A stretch of 64,000 nt of DNA from Anthoceros angustus. Lineage: Eukaryota > Plantae > Anthocerotophyta. This document shows positions 63,668 to 64,000 of this stretch, piece by piece. The notes below the pieces were generated by a model. That model was not told the origin of the DNA and ran no database searches. It worked only from the letters and a program-made list of their open reading frames with translations. The position numbers and the translations under genes were made by a program. The stretch spans positions 19,046-83,045 of the forward strand of contig VJWM01000314.1 in the NCBI GenBank assembly GCA_010909165.1. The letters are read 5' to 3'. Every line of letters starts with the position of its first letter. Positions within the stretch are counted from its first letter, which is position 1.

Positions 63668-64000
63668 TTCTCCATCCGACGAACCGTCTTCCTTTCTCTC
63701 CTTCTCCGTACGCTTTTCCTTTCCTCTCCTTCTCCGGAGAGGGTTAAGCTGCAGCACGAAATTGAGGCATTAAAACTTCGCCTCCTCACGCAGCCTCCAC
63801 CCCGCTGTTTGCCCTTTCTCCTCTCGAGGAGGAACTTTAAAGGCGGCTCTTCCCTTGCCTTTTCCCGCTTTAGCATGGCTTCCTTTCCAAGTGTTAGGGT
63901 GCATGAAAACAAACACTTATAGTGACATTTTGTACCATTGATTATTATTGAGAATAGTTGAGACAAAATAGCGCTTCCATAAACTTCACATGTATCGTGA

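Overview
This is a repeat-only eukaryotic window, probably from a land plant. A non-seed plant such as a lycophyte or bryophyte is my low-confidence guess. I find no intact gene, rRNA, tRNA or CRISPR array. Positions 1 to ~48.5 kb are dominated by one minus-strand Ty3/gypsy LTR retrotransposon family of non-chromovirus, Athila-like type. It has a ~987-bp LTR (TGTGGAAGG...CCTACCACA), a tRNA-Asp-like PBS, and gag with up to three CCHC knuckles. Pol is ordered PR-RT-RH-INT with no chromodomain, and a long extra same-strand ORF lies between pol and the PPT. Two units are joined head-to-tail through a shared LTR (26050-27396), and a third, more diverged pol/gag copy lies at 41.5-48.5 kb. Its gag is cut at 48537 by a 254-bp Ty1/copia LTR. 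From there to the end the window is a mosaic of several minus-strand copia families, and the gypsy gag briefly resumes at 63668. All coding regions are broken by short indels, and the window is stitched together by jumps at ~6-10-bp microhomologies (also between unrelated families) and by runaway (TCC)n and (GGCGAT)n runs. This pattern suggests an assembly or consensus artefact (or model-generated sequence) superimposed on real elements. The best candidate for new biology is the extra 3' ORF and the architecture of the gypsy family. Internal coordinates are approximate unless a motif is quoted.
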